Positions 22,014-33,367 of a stretch of DNA of 64,000 bases are shown in pieces. The stretch is taken from positions 548,715-612,714 of the forward strand of contig JBFPLN010000003.1 of NCBI GenBank assembly GCA_051971635.1. Reading direction: 5' to 3'. Origin of the DNA: Candidatus Atelocyanobacterium thalassae. GTDB lineage: Bacteria; Cyanobacteriota; Cyanobacteriia; Cyanobacteriales; Microcystaceae. A program made the translations under genes and the position numbers. Below the pieces are notes generated by a model. That model saw only the letters and a list, made by a program, of their open reading frames with translations, was not told the DNA's origin and searched no databases. Every line of letters starts with the position of its first letter. Position 1 is the first letter of the stretch.

Positions 22014-23771
22014 CTACATTCTCTCCAATACATCAATACCTAGTAAGGAAAGACCTAGCTTAAGAGTTCTAGCTGTCAAATTACATAGTATTAATCTAGA
22101 AAATTTTACAGAATCTACTGATTTTAATACTGGACAATTTTCATAAAAACGATTAAATCTTTTACTTAATTCATACAAGTATTCACAAAGACGATTAGGG
22201 AGAAGTGTGTCTTCAACTACTTCAATTACTTCATTTAGCTGCAATAAATATTTAGCTAAATCTATTTCTGATTCATCTTGTAAAGTAAATTGAGTACTCA
22301 TTTCTAAACTAGTATTTTCTATTCCCCCTTCTCTTAAAATACTTTTAATCCTAGCATAGGCGTAAAGCATATAAGGAGCAGTATTGCCCTGTAATGAAAG
22401 CATTTTACTATAACTAAATACATAATCACTATTACGATTTTGGCTAAGATCAGCATATTTTACAGAGCCAATACCTACAATATTAGCTACATTGTCAATA
22501 AATTCCGGAGATTCTTGTCGATCTTCTACTTGTAATCGATTTTCTAAATTCTTACGGGCCTGATAAATCGCTTTATCCAATAATTCCCTAAGTTTAATAG
22601 TCTCTCCTGAGCGAGTTTTTAGTTTCTTTCCATCTTCTCCCTTAACAAGTCCAAAAGGGACATGCGATATATTGATCTCTTCTAATAAAAAATTAGCTTT
22701 TTTAGCAACCTGAAAAACTTGTGTAAAATGATTGGATTGACCTGAATCAGTTATATAAATAATCCGTTTAGCTTTATCTACATTAATTCTATATTTCAAA
22801 GCAGCTAAGTCTGTAGTAGCGTAATTATAACCATCGTCAGACTTTTGAACAATTAAAGGAAGAGGATTACCAGCCTTATTAGTAAACCCTTCTAGAAAAA
22901 CACATTTAGCTCCATCACTTATTTCTAGAATCTTTTGTTTATCTAAATCATTAATGGTTTCTTCTAAAAAAGAATTATAAAAGGATTCCCCTCTTTCAAC
23001 CAGTCGAATTTGTAACATATCATAAATGATTTGGAACTCTTGGCGAGACTGCTCACATAGTAATTGCCATGCTTTACGATACTCTTTGTTACCTAACTGT
23101 AGCTTAACTACTGCTTCTCTAGAAATTTTTTGAAATTGAGGATCTTCATCAAAACGTTTTTTTGCTTGTTTATAAAAATTGACCAAATCCTGTATTTGTA
23201 GGACATTTGCTTCAGACAGAGCATCAGGGAATACTTCTTTTAAGTAAGAAATCAGCATTCCAAATTGTGTTCCCCAATCTCCTACATGATTTAATCTTAA
23301 GACGTCATGACCTATAAATTCTAGAACACGAGAAATGGAATCACCAATAATTGTGGATCTAAGGTGACCAACATGCATTTCTTTGGCTATATTCGGACTG
23401 GAAAAATCAACGATTATTTTTGAGCGATTATCAGTTTTTACAATTCCTAGTCTTTCATCATCATATAATAATTTAAGTTGATCCTCTAAATAGCTCTTTT
23501 TAATTCTTAAATTAATAAAACCAGGACCACCTATAGAAGGAATATCATATACTTGGCTTGTAGGTAAATTATCAATAATTATCTGAGAAATCTCTCGTGG
23601 GTTTTTTTTTAATTTCTTGGATAACTCAAAAGCAACATTTACTTGATAATCTGCATATCTAAAGTCTTTAGCTATCGATACTTGAGGATTAATAGACTTT
23701 AATTCTTCACCAAATGATTTAATCAATGTATGGCTGAAATCTTGAATTATTTTTTTATTAAGAGGAATCAT
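22014..23771 (-). CDS. argS: Arginine--tRNA ligase
   Basis: [53 protein letters not shown]. Confidence 0.99.
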   Translation of the reverse strand: MIPLNKKIIQDFSHTLIKSFGEELKSINPQVSIAKDFRYADYQVNVAFELSKKLKKNPREISQIIIDNLPTSQVYDIPSIGGPGFINLRIKKSYLEDQLKLLYDDERLGIVKTDNRSKIIVDFSSPNIAKEMHVGHLRSTIIGDSISRVLEFIGHDVLRLNHVGDWGTQFGMLISYLKEVFPDALSEANVLQIQDLVNFYKQAKKRFDEDPQFQKISREAVVKLQLGNKEYRKAWQLLCEQSRQEFQIIYDMLQIRLVERGESFYNSFLEETINDLDKQKILEISDGAKCVFLEGFTNKAGNPLPLIVQKSDDGYNYATTDLAALKYRINVDKAKRIIYITDSGQSNHFTQVFQVAKKANFLLEEINISHVPFGLVKGEDGKKLKTRSGETIKLRELLDKAIYQARKNLENRLQVEDRQESPEFIDNVANIVGIGSVKYADLSQNRNSDYVFSYSKMLSLQGNTAPYMLYAYARIKSILREGGIENTSLEMSTQFTLQDESEIDLAKYLLQLNEVIEVVEDTLLPNRLCEYLYELSKRFNRFYENCPVLKSVDSVKFSRLILCNLTARTLKLGLSLLGIDVLERM

Positions 23772-23896
23772 CTAGATTATTAATATTCTAAAACAGCTGG
23801 CATTTTCAGGTTATCATACCAAAGACTATGACATAGCCTAGATCATGATAAAAGTTAAGTAATTTAAAATTTTTAATTATAAATAATTGTATAATC

Positions 23897-24568
23897 TTAG
23901 TAGAATAGAAATTCTAGATCAATCTTAGAAGCAACATCAAGTAGTACTTTAGTATCTTCTGTATCTTTTATATAAGGCAACATCCCTAGCACTGGAACAT
24001 GTGTTAAAGACTGAATAAGATTAACTGGCGCTAGCTCAAAATTTTTTTCTTGAACTAAAGGACATATACAATTTAGTATTATTCCCTTTATATTTACCTT
24101 GTTTTTTGCTGCTAGCGCAATGTTAGCTCCAACCTGATGAATTGTATTTTGTTCTATTGGCACTATTAAAATAGTTGGTAAGTTCCATATTCCAATAATA
24201 TCAGATACTAATAGTTCTTTTGTAATAGGAGAACCTAAACTATTAGCTCCTTCCACTAAAACTAAATCTAGCTCATCTTGTAAAGAATTTAAAGTTTTCC
24301 ATAATTTACCTAAAAGATCAGAACATGGGTTATTTACATTCATGAGATCTTCAATGCTTGGCAATTGAGATTTAACAATTTTTATATTGTTTAGTGAATT
24401 AGAAGTATAACTCTCAAGTAGTTCATTTTCCTTTTTCCCGTTCTCCGCTAGACTTAAAATTCCTAAAGATTCTTCGTAAAAATAAGTTTGTTTATAAATA
24501 GCTAAAATTTTTGTTAGTAGAGTTTTCCCGGAGCTGGGAACTGTTCCTGTAATAAATAATGTTTGCAT
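23897..24568 (-). CDS. bioD: Dethiobiotin synthase (divergent)
   Basis: LFITGT...GKT P-loop, VLVEGA, VPVLGMLP. Confidence 0.75.
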   Translation of the reverse strand: MQTLFITGTVPSSGKTLLTKILAIYKQTYFYEESLGILSLAENGKKENELLESYTSNSLNNIKIVKSQLPSIEDLMNVNNPCSDLLGKLWKTLNSLQDELDLVLVEGANSLGSPITKELLVSDIIGIWNLPTILIVPIEQNTIHQVGANIALAAKNKVNIKGIILNCICPLVQEKNFELAPVNLIQSLTHVPVLGMLPYIKDTEDTKVLLDVASKIDLEFLFY

Positions 24569-25419
24569 TTAACTATATTAAAAAATGATTTGTTAGCTGA
24601 TTATGATTATGGATTTATTAGAAATATTTTTCTATATAAAAATCTTTACAATAGATCTAAAGTATTAAGCTTCTATTAAAAATTATATAGCTTAACTAGG
24701 TAATACATAAATTTTAATAAAATATAAAAGTTATTTAGGCTATTTACTATGAAAACGATTAAGCTATATGATTTTTACTAAAATTATTCTTATTCGTTAG
24801 CTATATTTCCATTAAAATTAGTAGTTTTCTTATTTACTACAAAAAAATAAAAATTTTGTAATTGCTAATTGTATTCTAATTGCAATCATAGGTAATGACT
24901 GAAAGAAAGTATAAATTAGATAATAGTAGAATGATACCTTTGATTTATAAATAAAATTGCATTAAGACTAAGATGATTTATAAAAAAACGGGACTTTTTT
25001 CCCATTACTTTACTTGAAGATAATAACCTTGTATATCAACATATTGCGCCAGATTTTTAATTTAAACTCTTACTTTTATAAAGATATATATAGCTTTATG
25101 CATTAAGTACCTAGGATGCAAAATGTTAGTTATAAAATTTTTAGCAGTTATGTCAGTAAAATTTTATAATAATAAATACTAATAAAAGTTAACATGTTAC
25201 TTTCCTCAAAAACACCCTGAAAATCAATAATGCATAAATATTCTCGATCAATTTGGAAAATGAAAATATTTTTTTAAAAACGGAAGATTATGTAAGCTTA
25301 ACAGAGTTTCATCTGATACTAAGCTAATCTAAATTAGTACACTAAATTAAATTCGTTACTCATTTGGTTTATAACTATATTTTTCTAACTTTTAGTTGAT
25401 ACTAATGTAGATAGAAAGA

Positions 25420-25610
25420 TTATGATATGAATTGTGGGTTAAGAAAAATAAATTTACTTTTTAGACTTAGTAACAACTTTTAGTCAATAAGTAAATAAAA
25501 TTGTTAGATACATATTTATAGTGATGACTATAAAATCGACATTATCCTAACGTATGTATCTAAGTTCACAAGAGTAACGTGGTCGTATTGCATCATTAAA
25601 ACTAAGTCAA
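25420..25610 (+). pseudogene. Probable decayed remnant of the CpcD-like N-terminal domain of petH
   Basis: Broken fragments YE(i)VG near 25426 and RMYLSSQE*RGRIASLK at 25551 resemble CpcD-domain segments YEVxGL and RMxxE...GGKIVSIK. Confidence 0.4.
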
Positions 25611-25692
25611 TCGATACTTATACACTGTGAAATCTTCCTCCAGCTACTGTAATGGAGTAAAGGTTATTTAACCTCTGTAAACACATAAATGA

Positions 25693-26598
<906 letters not shown>

Positions 26599-26627
26599 AT
26601 TTTAAATATCATCTTTAACTATCTAAT

Positions 26628-26656
26628 GAGGGGGTCAAATTTTTGCCCTCTTTTTT
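26628..26656 (+). terminator. Intrinsic terminator after petH
   Basis: gaggggg...gccctc stem followed by a T run. Confidence 0.6.
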
Positions 26657-26817
26657 CTTAATTTTCAGAGCATACTTAGTTAAGCAAGGAATCAGGAATA
26701 TATTACAGATTTAAAGATATTGAATTGCAATTTATAAAAAAATTTACAGAGATCATATAAATATTTAAATAGTTTATTATTTAAATTACATGTAATGTAG
26801 TTATAAAATGAAACACA

Positions 26818-27855
26818 TCATGAGATTACCTGGGTAAGTACCTCTCTGTGCAACATAGCACGTTCTTTTAATTTTGTTATTGAGCTATCAAGCGGTTGCA
26901 CACTATTAAAAAAATATTCTAGCCATGAATTCTTTATCGTATCCGAATTGTTAGGTAATTTATTAAGTTCCCATCCAGGAATATTTATTTCCTCCATCAA
27001 ATATTTAACTTTAGGATCGTAACTTAAGGCAAAACATCGAGACTTTTCTGAAGCAGCCATAATTAAACAATGTAATCTCATTCCTATAGTCATATTAATA
27101 TTTTTAAATAACCCTTTTAATTCTTGTGGATCATCTACTTGAATAATTTCATGAGACTTTAATAATCTTTTAGATATAAAATGTGCCATTTCAAGATCTT
27201 GAGAAGCCTGAAATGGCACTAATAAAATATATGCATTAGTAATTTTTTGAAAATCGACTAATGCATTAGTTAACAACTTTAATCTTTCAATTGTTAATGA
27301 TGGATGATTGCGTAAATTAAAAGCAATTCTTGGTTGTGAGGTTTTTATAAAATCTAATGTATTCTTAGAATCTAATGCCCAAACTGGATCGGGAGCAATG
27401 ATATGATTAATATTCCATTTAGACAGTAATTCAGCAGATTTATAATCTCTAACGCTAATCGCAGTACATTTAGCTAGTGTTCTTCGAGTTATCCAGCGTG
27501 TAAACCTATAATTTAGAGGACCTATTCCTTGTCCCCAAGCTATAGTTTTTAATCCTTTGATTTGTGCTAGGGTCATCAACCCTAAGTAATATATTGGACT
27601 TGCTAAACTAGTAGTATCTTGTATTAAACTTCCTCCACCCCAAATAAAAATATCAGAATTTTTTAAGGCCATTATAATTGAAAAAATATCTCGATGAGGA
27701 CAAGTCTTCACATTATAATTCTGTTGAGTTTTTTCTGGATTTGCAGAAATAACAATTGGTTCAATTTTCGAAGGCAGCATTTGTAACAAGGACATTAGTA
27801 ATGCTTCATCACCAGCATTTCCTTGCCCATAGTAGCCACTGATTAATGCTTTCAT
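26818..27855 (-). CDS. csaB: Polysaccharide pyruvyl transferase CsaB
   Basis: GYYGQGNAGDEA, GGGSLIQD, QGIGP, VRD, MRLH, YDPKV. Confidence 0.93.
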   Translation of the reverse strand: MKALISGYYGQGNAGDEALLMSLLQMLPSKIEPIVISANPEKTQQNYNVKTCPHRDIFSIIMALKNSDIFIWGGGSLIQDTTSLASPIYYLGLMTLAQIKGLKTIAWGQGIGPLNYRFTRWITRRTLAKCTAISVRDYKSAELLSKWNINHIIAPDPVWALDSKNTLDFIKTSQPRIAFNLRNHPSLTIERLKLLTNALVDFQKITNAYILLVPFQASQDLEMAHFISKRLLKSHEIIQVDDPQELKGLFKNINMTIGMRLHCLIMAASEKSRCFALSYDPKVKYLMEEINIPGWELNKLPNNSDTIKNSWLEYFFNSVQPLDSSITKLKERAMLHREVLTQVIS

Positions 27856-27985
27856 TCTTATCTTTTCTTAAATATAAATATTATCTTATATTAGTTAATC
27901 ATATTTACGTTTTCCTTGTTTTATTAATTCTACAATTTAATATCAGATATATTTATTAGATGATTTCTAATTTTGATGCCAGTTT

Positions 27986-28065
27986 TCATCAATTATAGGA
28001 GTTGTATATCATAATCAAAGTTAATTAGAACTTTGATTATGATATACAACTCCTATAATTGATGA
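27986..28065. repeat. Perfect 37-bp inverted repeat (6-nt loop) spanning the stop codon of the O-antigen ligase gene
   Basis: tcatcaattataggagttgtatatcataatcaaagtt-aattag-aactttgattatgatatacaactcctataattgatga. Confidence 0.95.
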
Positions 28066-29340
28066 TAGCAATAACCATCCAATTACATTTATTTTCAGAT
28101 CAAAAATGCTCACATCAAATAAATTAAAAATAGTGCATAAAATAAATGCATTTATGTAAGTGAATAGAAGTAAATTTTCAGTCTCTTTATTTTTTACTTC
28201 AATATTTGCACTTAAGGATAGATATCTATTATGGATTTGTCTTGCTTTAACCAAAACTGTAGTGGACTTTACTAAAATAGTACCGACAATAATACTTAAC
28301 AATGAGGTCCCAAAAATTCCAATCTCTGCCAATAGCATTAAAAATAAATTATGAGGATGTCCCATCCAAACATTCATTTTTTGTTGATATATAGGGGTAA
28401 AATTACGAAGTCCCCATCCCCAGATAGGACGTTTTACCATCATTTGCCATGCAACACTCCACTGAGTTGTTCTTAAAGCAGTTATATGACGATCATCATA
28501 CAGTTCATCTGTTAACCTAGCCCAGAAATAATCAGGAATAATATTACGGACTATGCTTTGATGAAAAGGGAGCCAAGCTGCCCACACAAAGAGAAGAGCT
28601 AACAATAATATAAAAAAAAGAACCCAGTACAAATCTAAATACGCTATGAAAGCAGTTAAGCTTAATAAAGCAAGACCCCATGCACTACGAGAGTGAGTTA
28701 ATATAATTCCAGAACTATTAACCAAAACAGCAATTGAAAGAATGATTAACTGTAGGCTAGCTTGATAGTTGCTCGAAATTTTCCAGTTTCGATAATGATA
28801 AATCCATAGACCTAAAGATAATGTAAAAGTAGTTACTAAATAAAATGCTAAAGTATTTGCATACATCAAAAAAGAAGATATTCTTCCTTCAGGACGTCCA
28901 TATGCAATTAATTGAATACCTACTTTATTAAGGAATAATGGGGTTTCCCAACCATAAAATAGCTGCATAAAACCTAGAAAACAGATCGGCAGAGAAATCA
29001 ATACTAACCACCAAGCAAGTTTATATAGCCTACTATAGTTATTTAGTAGAAATGGAAAGGATACTACCATTAAGATAGAAGGAATAAAGTTAGCTAATCC
29101 TTCAAAGCTTAAAATTGGATAGATTGCTATTATAGAAATAATAATTAACCAAACAAATAATATCCCAAAACTCCAGTTAAGAGGATCATAGATTATGCTT
29201 TTATATTTTTGTCTCCATAAACTTAATATTACTAAGCTTAAAAATATGGCTCCTAAATCTGCAGAGATAGGTAAAAGAATTACCCCAGCTTTTAGCAAAT
29301 TTTCAATCCATAAAAAATTCGGATTATTTGATTGTTTCAT
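28021..29340 (-). CDS. O-antigen ligase / Wzy_C family membrane protein
   Basis: Multi-TM protein; THSRSAW, RPIWGWGLRNF, HPHNLFLMLLAEIG. Confidence 0.88.
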   Translation of the reverse strand: MKQSNNPNFLWIENLLKAGVILLPISADLGAIFLSLVILSLWRQKYKSIIYDPLNWSFGILFVWLIIISIIAIYPILSFEGLANFIPSILMVVSFPFLLNNYSRLYKLAWWLVLISLPICFLGFMQLFYGWETPLFLNKVGIQLIAYGRPEGRISSFLMYANTLAFYLVTTFTLSLGLWIYHYRNWKISSNYQASLQLIILSIAVLVNSSGIILTHSRSAWGLALLSLTAFIAYLDLYWVLFFILLLALLFVWAAWLPFHQSIVRNIIPDYFWARLTDELYDDRHITALRTTQWSVAWQMMVKRPIWGWGLRNFTPIYQQKMNVWMGHPHNLFLMLLAEIGIFGTSLLSIIVGTILVKSTTVLVKARQIHNRYLSLSANIEVKNKETENLLLFTYINAFILCTIFNLFDVSIFDLKINVIGWLLLSSIIGVVYHNQSSN

Positions 29341-29877
29341 TTCACGTAAGGTCGTCTACAGTATACTTATCTCTTAATGTTCTGATTCATGCATTTTGCT
29401 GTAATAATTCTAGTTGTGCAAATAACTACAGTACCATCGTTAATATAGTGGCTTTTTGGGAAACTTTCTCGTTTTTTTTATGAAGAGAAAAATTTTAAAT
29501 ACTGTGCTCAATACAGAATAGTTATGTAAGAAAATAATCAAAACACTATTATCTTTCTAATAAAAATTTATTTTTTCAATATTGCTAAGCTATTAAATAC
29601 GACAAAAAGTTATTTTTTAATTTTATTTAATTTTTAGTTCGAATTTATAGTCCTATTACATTGGAAAATTTAGAATAACCCAGAATTCAAATTTATTAAA
29701 AAAAGTAGATTAGACTAGATGACGTTTCTTTTCAATGTACTATTCAATATCAATCTAAATCTATTCAAAATTTATCTTTTTGAAATAAGCTTAGGCAAGA
29801 TAACTAGTCATAAATACCCTATTCAGATTAAACTAAACTTTATAGGACCATATTAGTATTTATTGTTAAATATAGCT

Positions 29878-30603
29878 GTGAGAAAAAAAGTTATTGCAGG
29901 TAATTGGAAGATGCATAAGACTCAGGCAGAAGCCTTAGAGTTTTTTTCAGCATTAAAACTTAATTTAACGAATATAGCAGAAGAGACAGAAATTGTTCTT
30001 TGTGTTCCATTTACTTTATTAAGTATTTTATCAAAAAATCTCCATAAAGATAACATTCATCTAGGTGCGCAAAATATACATTGGGCTAATAAAGGAGCTT
30101 ACACAGGAGAAATTTCTGGTCCAATGTTAGCAGAGCTAAATGTGAATTATGTAATAGTTGGCCATAGTGAACGCCGTCAATATTTTGGAGAAACAGATAA
30201 AACTGTTAATTTACGAGTTATGGCAGCTCAATGTCATGAAATGAAGCCAATCCTTTGTGTTGGAGAAACTAAAGAGCAAAGAGATGCAGGTGAAGCAGAA
30301 AAAGTTATTATTAATCAACTAAAACAAGATTTAATTAATGTAGATCAAGAAAATTTAGTTATTGCTTATGAACCTATATGGGCTATCGGAACAGGAGAAA
30401 CTTGTGATGTCTCAGAAGCTAATCGGATAATTGGAATTATTAGAGAACAGCTATCCAATAAAAACATTAGCATTCAATATGGTGGTTCTGTTACCCCTAA
30501 AAATATTGGCGCAATAATGTCTCAACCCAATATTGATGGAGTATTAGTGGGAGGCGCAAGTTTAGATCCTGTTAGTTTTGCTGAGATTATATATTATCAA
30601 TAG
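29878..30603 (+). CDS. tpiA: Triosephosphate isomerase
   Basis: [40 protein letters not shown] start preferred. Confidence 0.99.
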   Translation: MRKKVIAGNWKMHKTQAEALEFFSALKLNLTNIAEETEIVLCVPFTLLSILSKNLHKDNIHLGAQNIHWANKGAYTGEISGPMLAELNVNYVIVGHSERRQYFGETDKTVNLRVMAAQCHEMKPILCVGETKEQRDAGEAEKVIINQLKQDLINVDQENLVIAYEPIWAIGTGETCDVSEANRIIGIIREQLSNKNISIQYGGSVTPKNIGAIMSQPNIDGVLVGGASLDPVSFAEIIYYQ

Positions 30604-30670
30604 ATTTTAAAAAAAATAAGTAAATTTTTTTTACTATGAGAAACAGCTCTATATTAAGTAAATTAGGATT

Positions 30671-31510
30671 ATGCGATATTTAAACATTCGAGACTATATT
30701 TTTGAATGGGGAAAAAGAACTTACCTAATGGGGATACTTAATATTACTCCTGACAGCTTTAGTGATGGTGGTAATTTCCTAAAAATCGATATAGCCCTAT
30801 ATCATGCAAAAAAAATGATAAATGAAGGTGTTGATATTATTGATATTGGAGGACAATCAACCCGCCCTGGAGCTCATAAAATTACTTCAGAAGAAGAACT
30901 AGAAAGAGTAATTCCGATTATTAGAGCAATACGAAGAGAGAGCTCAATACCTATATCTATTGATACTACTAACTCGGAAGTTGTACTAAAAGCTGTCAAA
31001 GAGGGAGCTGATATTGTTAACGATATTTCAGGAGGAAGTTTTGATAAAGAAATGTTTTCTACAGTATCTACTCTTAGAGTACCTATTATCATCATGCATA
31101 CAAGGGGAACTCCTGAAACAATGCAAACTAATCTAGGCTATAATGATCTTGTGCAAGATATTATTAAATGGTTAACCCAAAAAATTGAGATCGCTGTTGA
31201 AGCAGGAATTGATAAAAACCACTTGATAATCGATCCAGGGATCGGTTTCGCAAAAAACTCTAAACAAAATATAGAACTTTTACAGAAGTTATCTAGTTTT
31301 CATATTTTAGAAACTCCTATGCTACTAGGTGTTTCTCGAAAAAACTTTATTGGAGAAATTCTTGCAGAAAATAATCCAAAGAAAAGGATTTTTGGAACAG
31401 CTGCTGCTTGCTGTAGTGCTATAGTAAATGGTGTGGATATTCTCAGAGTCCATGATGTTGCACAAATAAAAGATTTAGCAAAAATTACCGATACCATTTG
31501 GCGAAAATGA
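30671..31510 (+). CDS. folP: Dihydropteroate synthase
   Basis: MGILNITPDSFSDGG, GGQSTRPG, DPGIGF, SRK, RVHDV. Confidence 0.98.
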   Translation: MRYLNIRDYIFEWGKRTYLMGILNITPDSFSDGGNFLKIDIALYHAKKMINEGVDIIDIGGQSTRPGAHKITSEEELERVIPIIRAIRRESSIPISIDTTNSEVVLKAVKEGADIVNDISGGSFDKEMFSTVSTLRVPIIIMHTRGTPETMQTNLGYNDLVQDIIKWLTQKIEIAVEAGIDKNHLIIDPGIGFAKNSKQNIELLQKLSSFHILETPMLLGVSRKNFIGEILAENNPKKRIFGTAAACCSAIVNGVDILRVHDVAQIKDLAKITDTIWRK

Positions 31511-31790
31511 TAACTCTTTTTTCTTAACAGTAAAAACTCCAGAAACATTTTTTAATTTTAATCACTTCATATATGATAATATTGGTATTGTTTTAAAGGA
31601 ACTTTTTTTAAATAGTTCAATGACTAAGACGTTCTAAGGATAAGGTTTTAGGATATATCCTTTACAACATCTAACGTTTTACTATAATGCAACATTTGCT
31701 TTTATAGTAATAAAATATAGCTACAATAAGCTTTTATTCTAGTTACCTTCGGATAGAGAACTATAAAATTTAAAGGTTAATGAAAAATTA

Positions 31791-32750
31791 ATGTCTATCG
31801 TAAAGCTAGATAACCCCAATTCTCTAAAATCTATTGACTGGACTCCTCTACCTTCATTTCGTCCCCTTTTGATGATTGGTCATGGTACTAGAGATACCAG
31901 TGGACAAAAAACTTTTCTTGAGTTTGCTTCTGCCTATCAAGCCTTAGACTACTCTCGTCCTGTCATTCCATGCTTTCTTGAATTAACAGAACCGCATATT
32001 AGCGAAAGCATAAAGTTATGTATATCGCGAGGCTATACAGATATTTCTGTCTTGCCTATTTTACTATTTGCAGCTCGCCATAATAAATTTGATATTACCA
32101 ATGAACTTGATCGAGCTAGAGAAAAATATCCTCAGCTGAATTTTTTTTATGGGAGACATCTTGGTATTACACCAAATCTTTTGAAGCTATGGATGGATCG
32201 GTTAACCACCCTAGAAAGCTCTAAAATTGTTATTAATAAAGTTAAACGTTCTGAAACAGTATTATTATTTGTTGGCAGAGGATCTAGCGATCCAGATGCT
32301 AATGGAGATGCTTACAAATTTGCTCGACTGTTATGGGAAGGGAGTGGCTATCAGGCAGTAGAAGTAGCTTTTATTGGTATTACTTATCCACGTCTTCAAG
32401 AAAGTTTTAAGAAAGTCTATTCTTATCAGCCAAAACGTATCATTGTTCTACCTCATTTTATATTTACTGGGGCATTAATAAAAAAAATCTTTCAAATTAC
32501 AATTAAACAACAAGAGTTACACAATCACATTGAAACTATATGTCTACCAGAAATTGGTATACATAATCAATTACTAAAAATAGTAAGAGAACGGGAATTA
32601 GAAACTCAAGAGAACCAGGTCAATATGAATTGTGAAATGTGTAAATTTCGTCTTAATTCCTTAGAAGAAAATGCATATTCTACTGACTTAAAGCCTGATT
32701 ACTATATAGATACTGAAAGCTATCATAAACATATTTGGAAAACTTACTAG
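31791..32750 (+). CDS. cbiX: Sirohydrochlorin chelatase CbiX
   Basis: GHGTRD, CFLEL, AARHNK, GRGSSDPDAN, C-terminal MNCEMCK. Confidence 0.92.
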   Translation: MSIVKLDNPNSLKSIDWTPLPSFRPLLMIGHGTRDTSGQKTFLEFASAYQALDYSRPVIPCFLELTEPHISESIKLCISRGYTDISVLPILLFAARHNKFDITNELDRAREKYPQLNFFYGRHLGITPNLLKLWMDRLTTLESSKIVINKVKRSETVLLFVGRGSSDPDANGDAYKFARLLWEGSGYQAVEVAFIGITYPRLQESFKKVYSYQPKRIIVLPHFIFTGALIKKIFQITIKQQELHNHIETICLPEIGIHNQLLKIVRERELETQENQVNMNCEMCKFRLNSLEENAYSTDLKPDYYIDTESYHKHIWKTY

Positions 32751-32867
32751 AAAATATTAAACATTCAAGCTCGAACTAATAAACTTTACCGACAATGACA
32801 TAAAAGTGAAGATAATAAGATAGATTATTATCTATAATGAGAATCAGTTACATATACTATATTATTT

Positions 32868-33089
32868 ATGGATAAACCTGAGCTTACTGTTGGTAGTAAA
32901 GTTTTCCTCCAAAACCTACCTCCTTACCTTAAGACTGCCGATCCTATGCCAATGTTACGTCCTGCTGATATTTTAGAGATTGGAGATCAAGGAACAGTTA
33001 TAGATATCCGTCCTGGAGGATATTGGGGTGTAAAATTTGATAAAGGGACATTTTTAATAGAAAGTAAATATATTTCTATATTAAAATAA
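32868..33089 (+). CDS. sipA: SipA (NblS/Hik33-interacting protein, DUF3148)
   Basis: PPYLKTADPMPMLRP motif. Confidence 0.9.
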   Translation: MDKPELTVGSKVFLQNLPPYLKTADPMPMLRPADILEIGDQGTVIDIRPGGYWGVKFDKGTFLIESKYISILK

Positions 33090-33367
33090 TAATATTAATG
33101 ATTAGACTTTTAATAGTTGTATTATCGATTTTAGGTTATGCATTACTTTTGATAACTAATTTAAACTAGAATAATTTCATATTAGATATACTTTTTTGTA
33201 TGAGAGCTGATATTTAACGAGAAAGAGAAAATGTAGACATTAAGATATATAACACATAGTAAATTGTAGTAACGAAACAATTTAGATCGTATATACAAAA
33301 ATAAATATGATTTAAGATATTATCTGTTCAACTTAATTACTAACGACACACAATAAATAGTTATTTT

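Noticed and set aside
24570..25420. Possible phosphoribulokinase (prk) pseudogene divergent from petH
   Set aside because: The position is suggestive, but I could not read any convincing PRK motif in the parts I translated
31510..31791. Cobalamin riboswitch upstream of cbiX
   Set aside because: No B12-box or other conserved GC-containing elements visible
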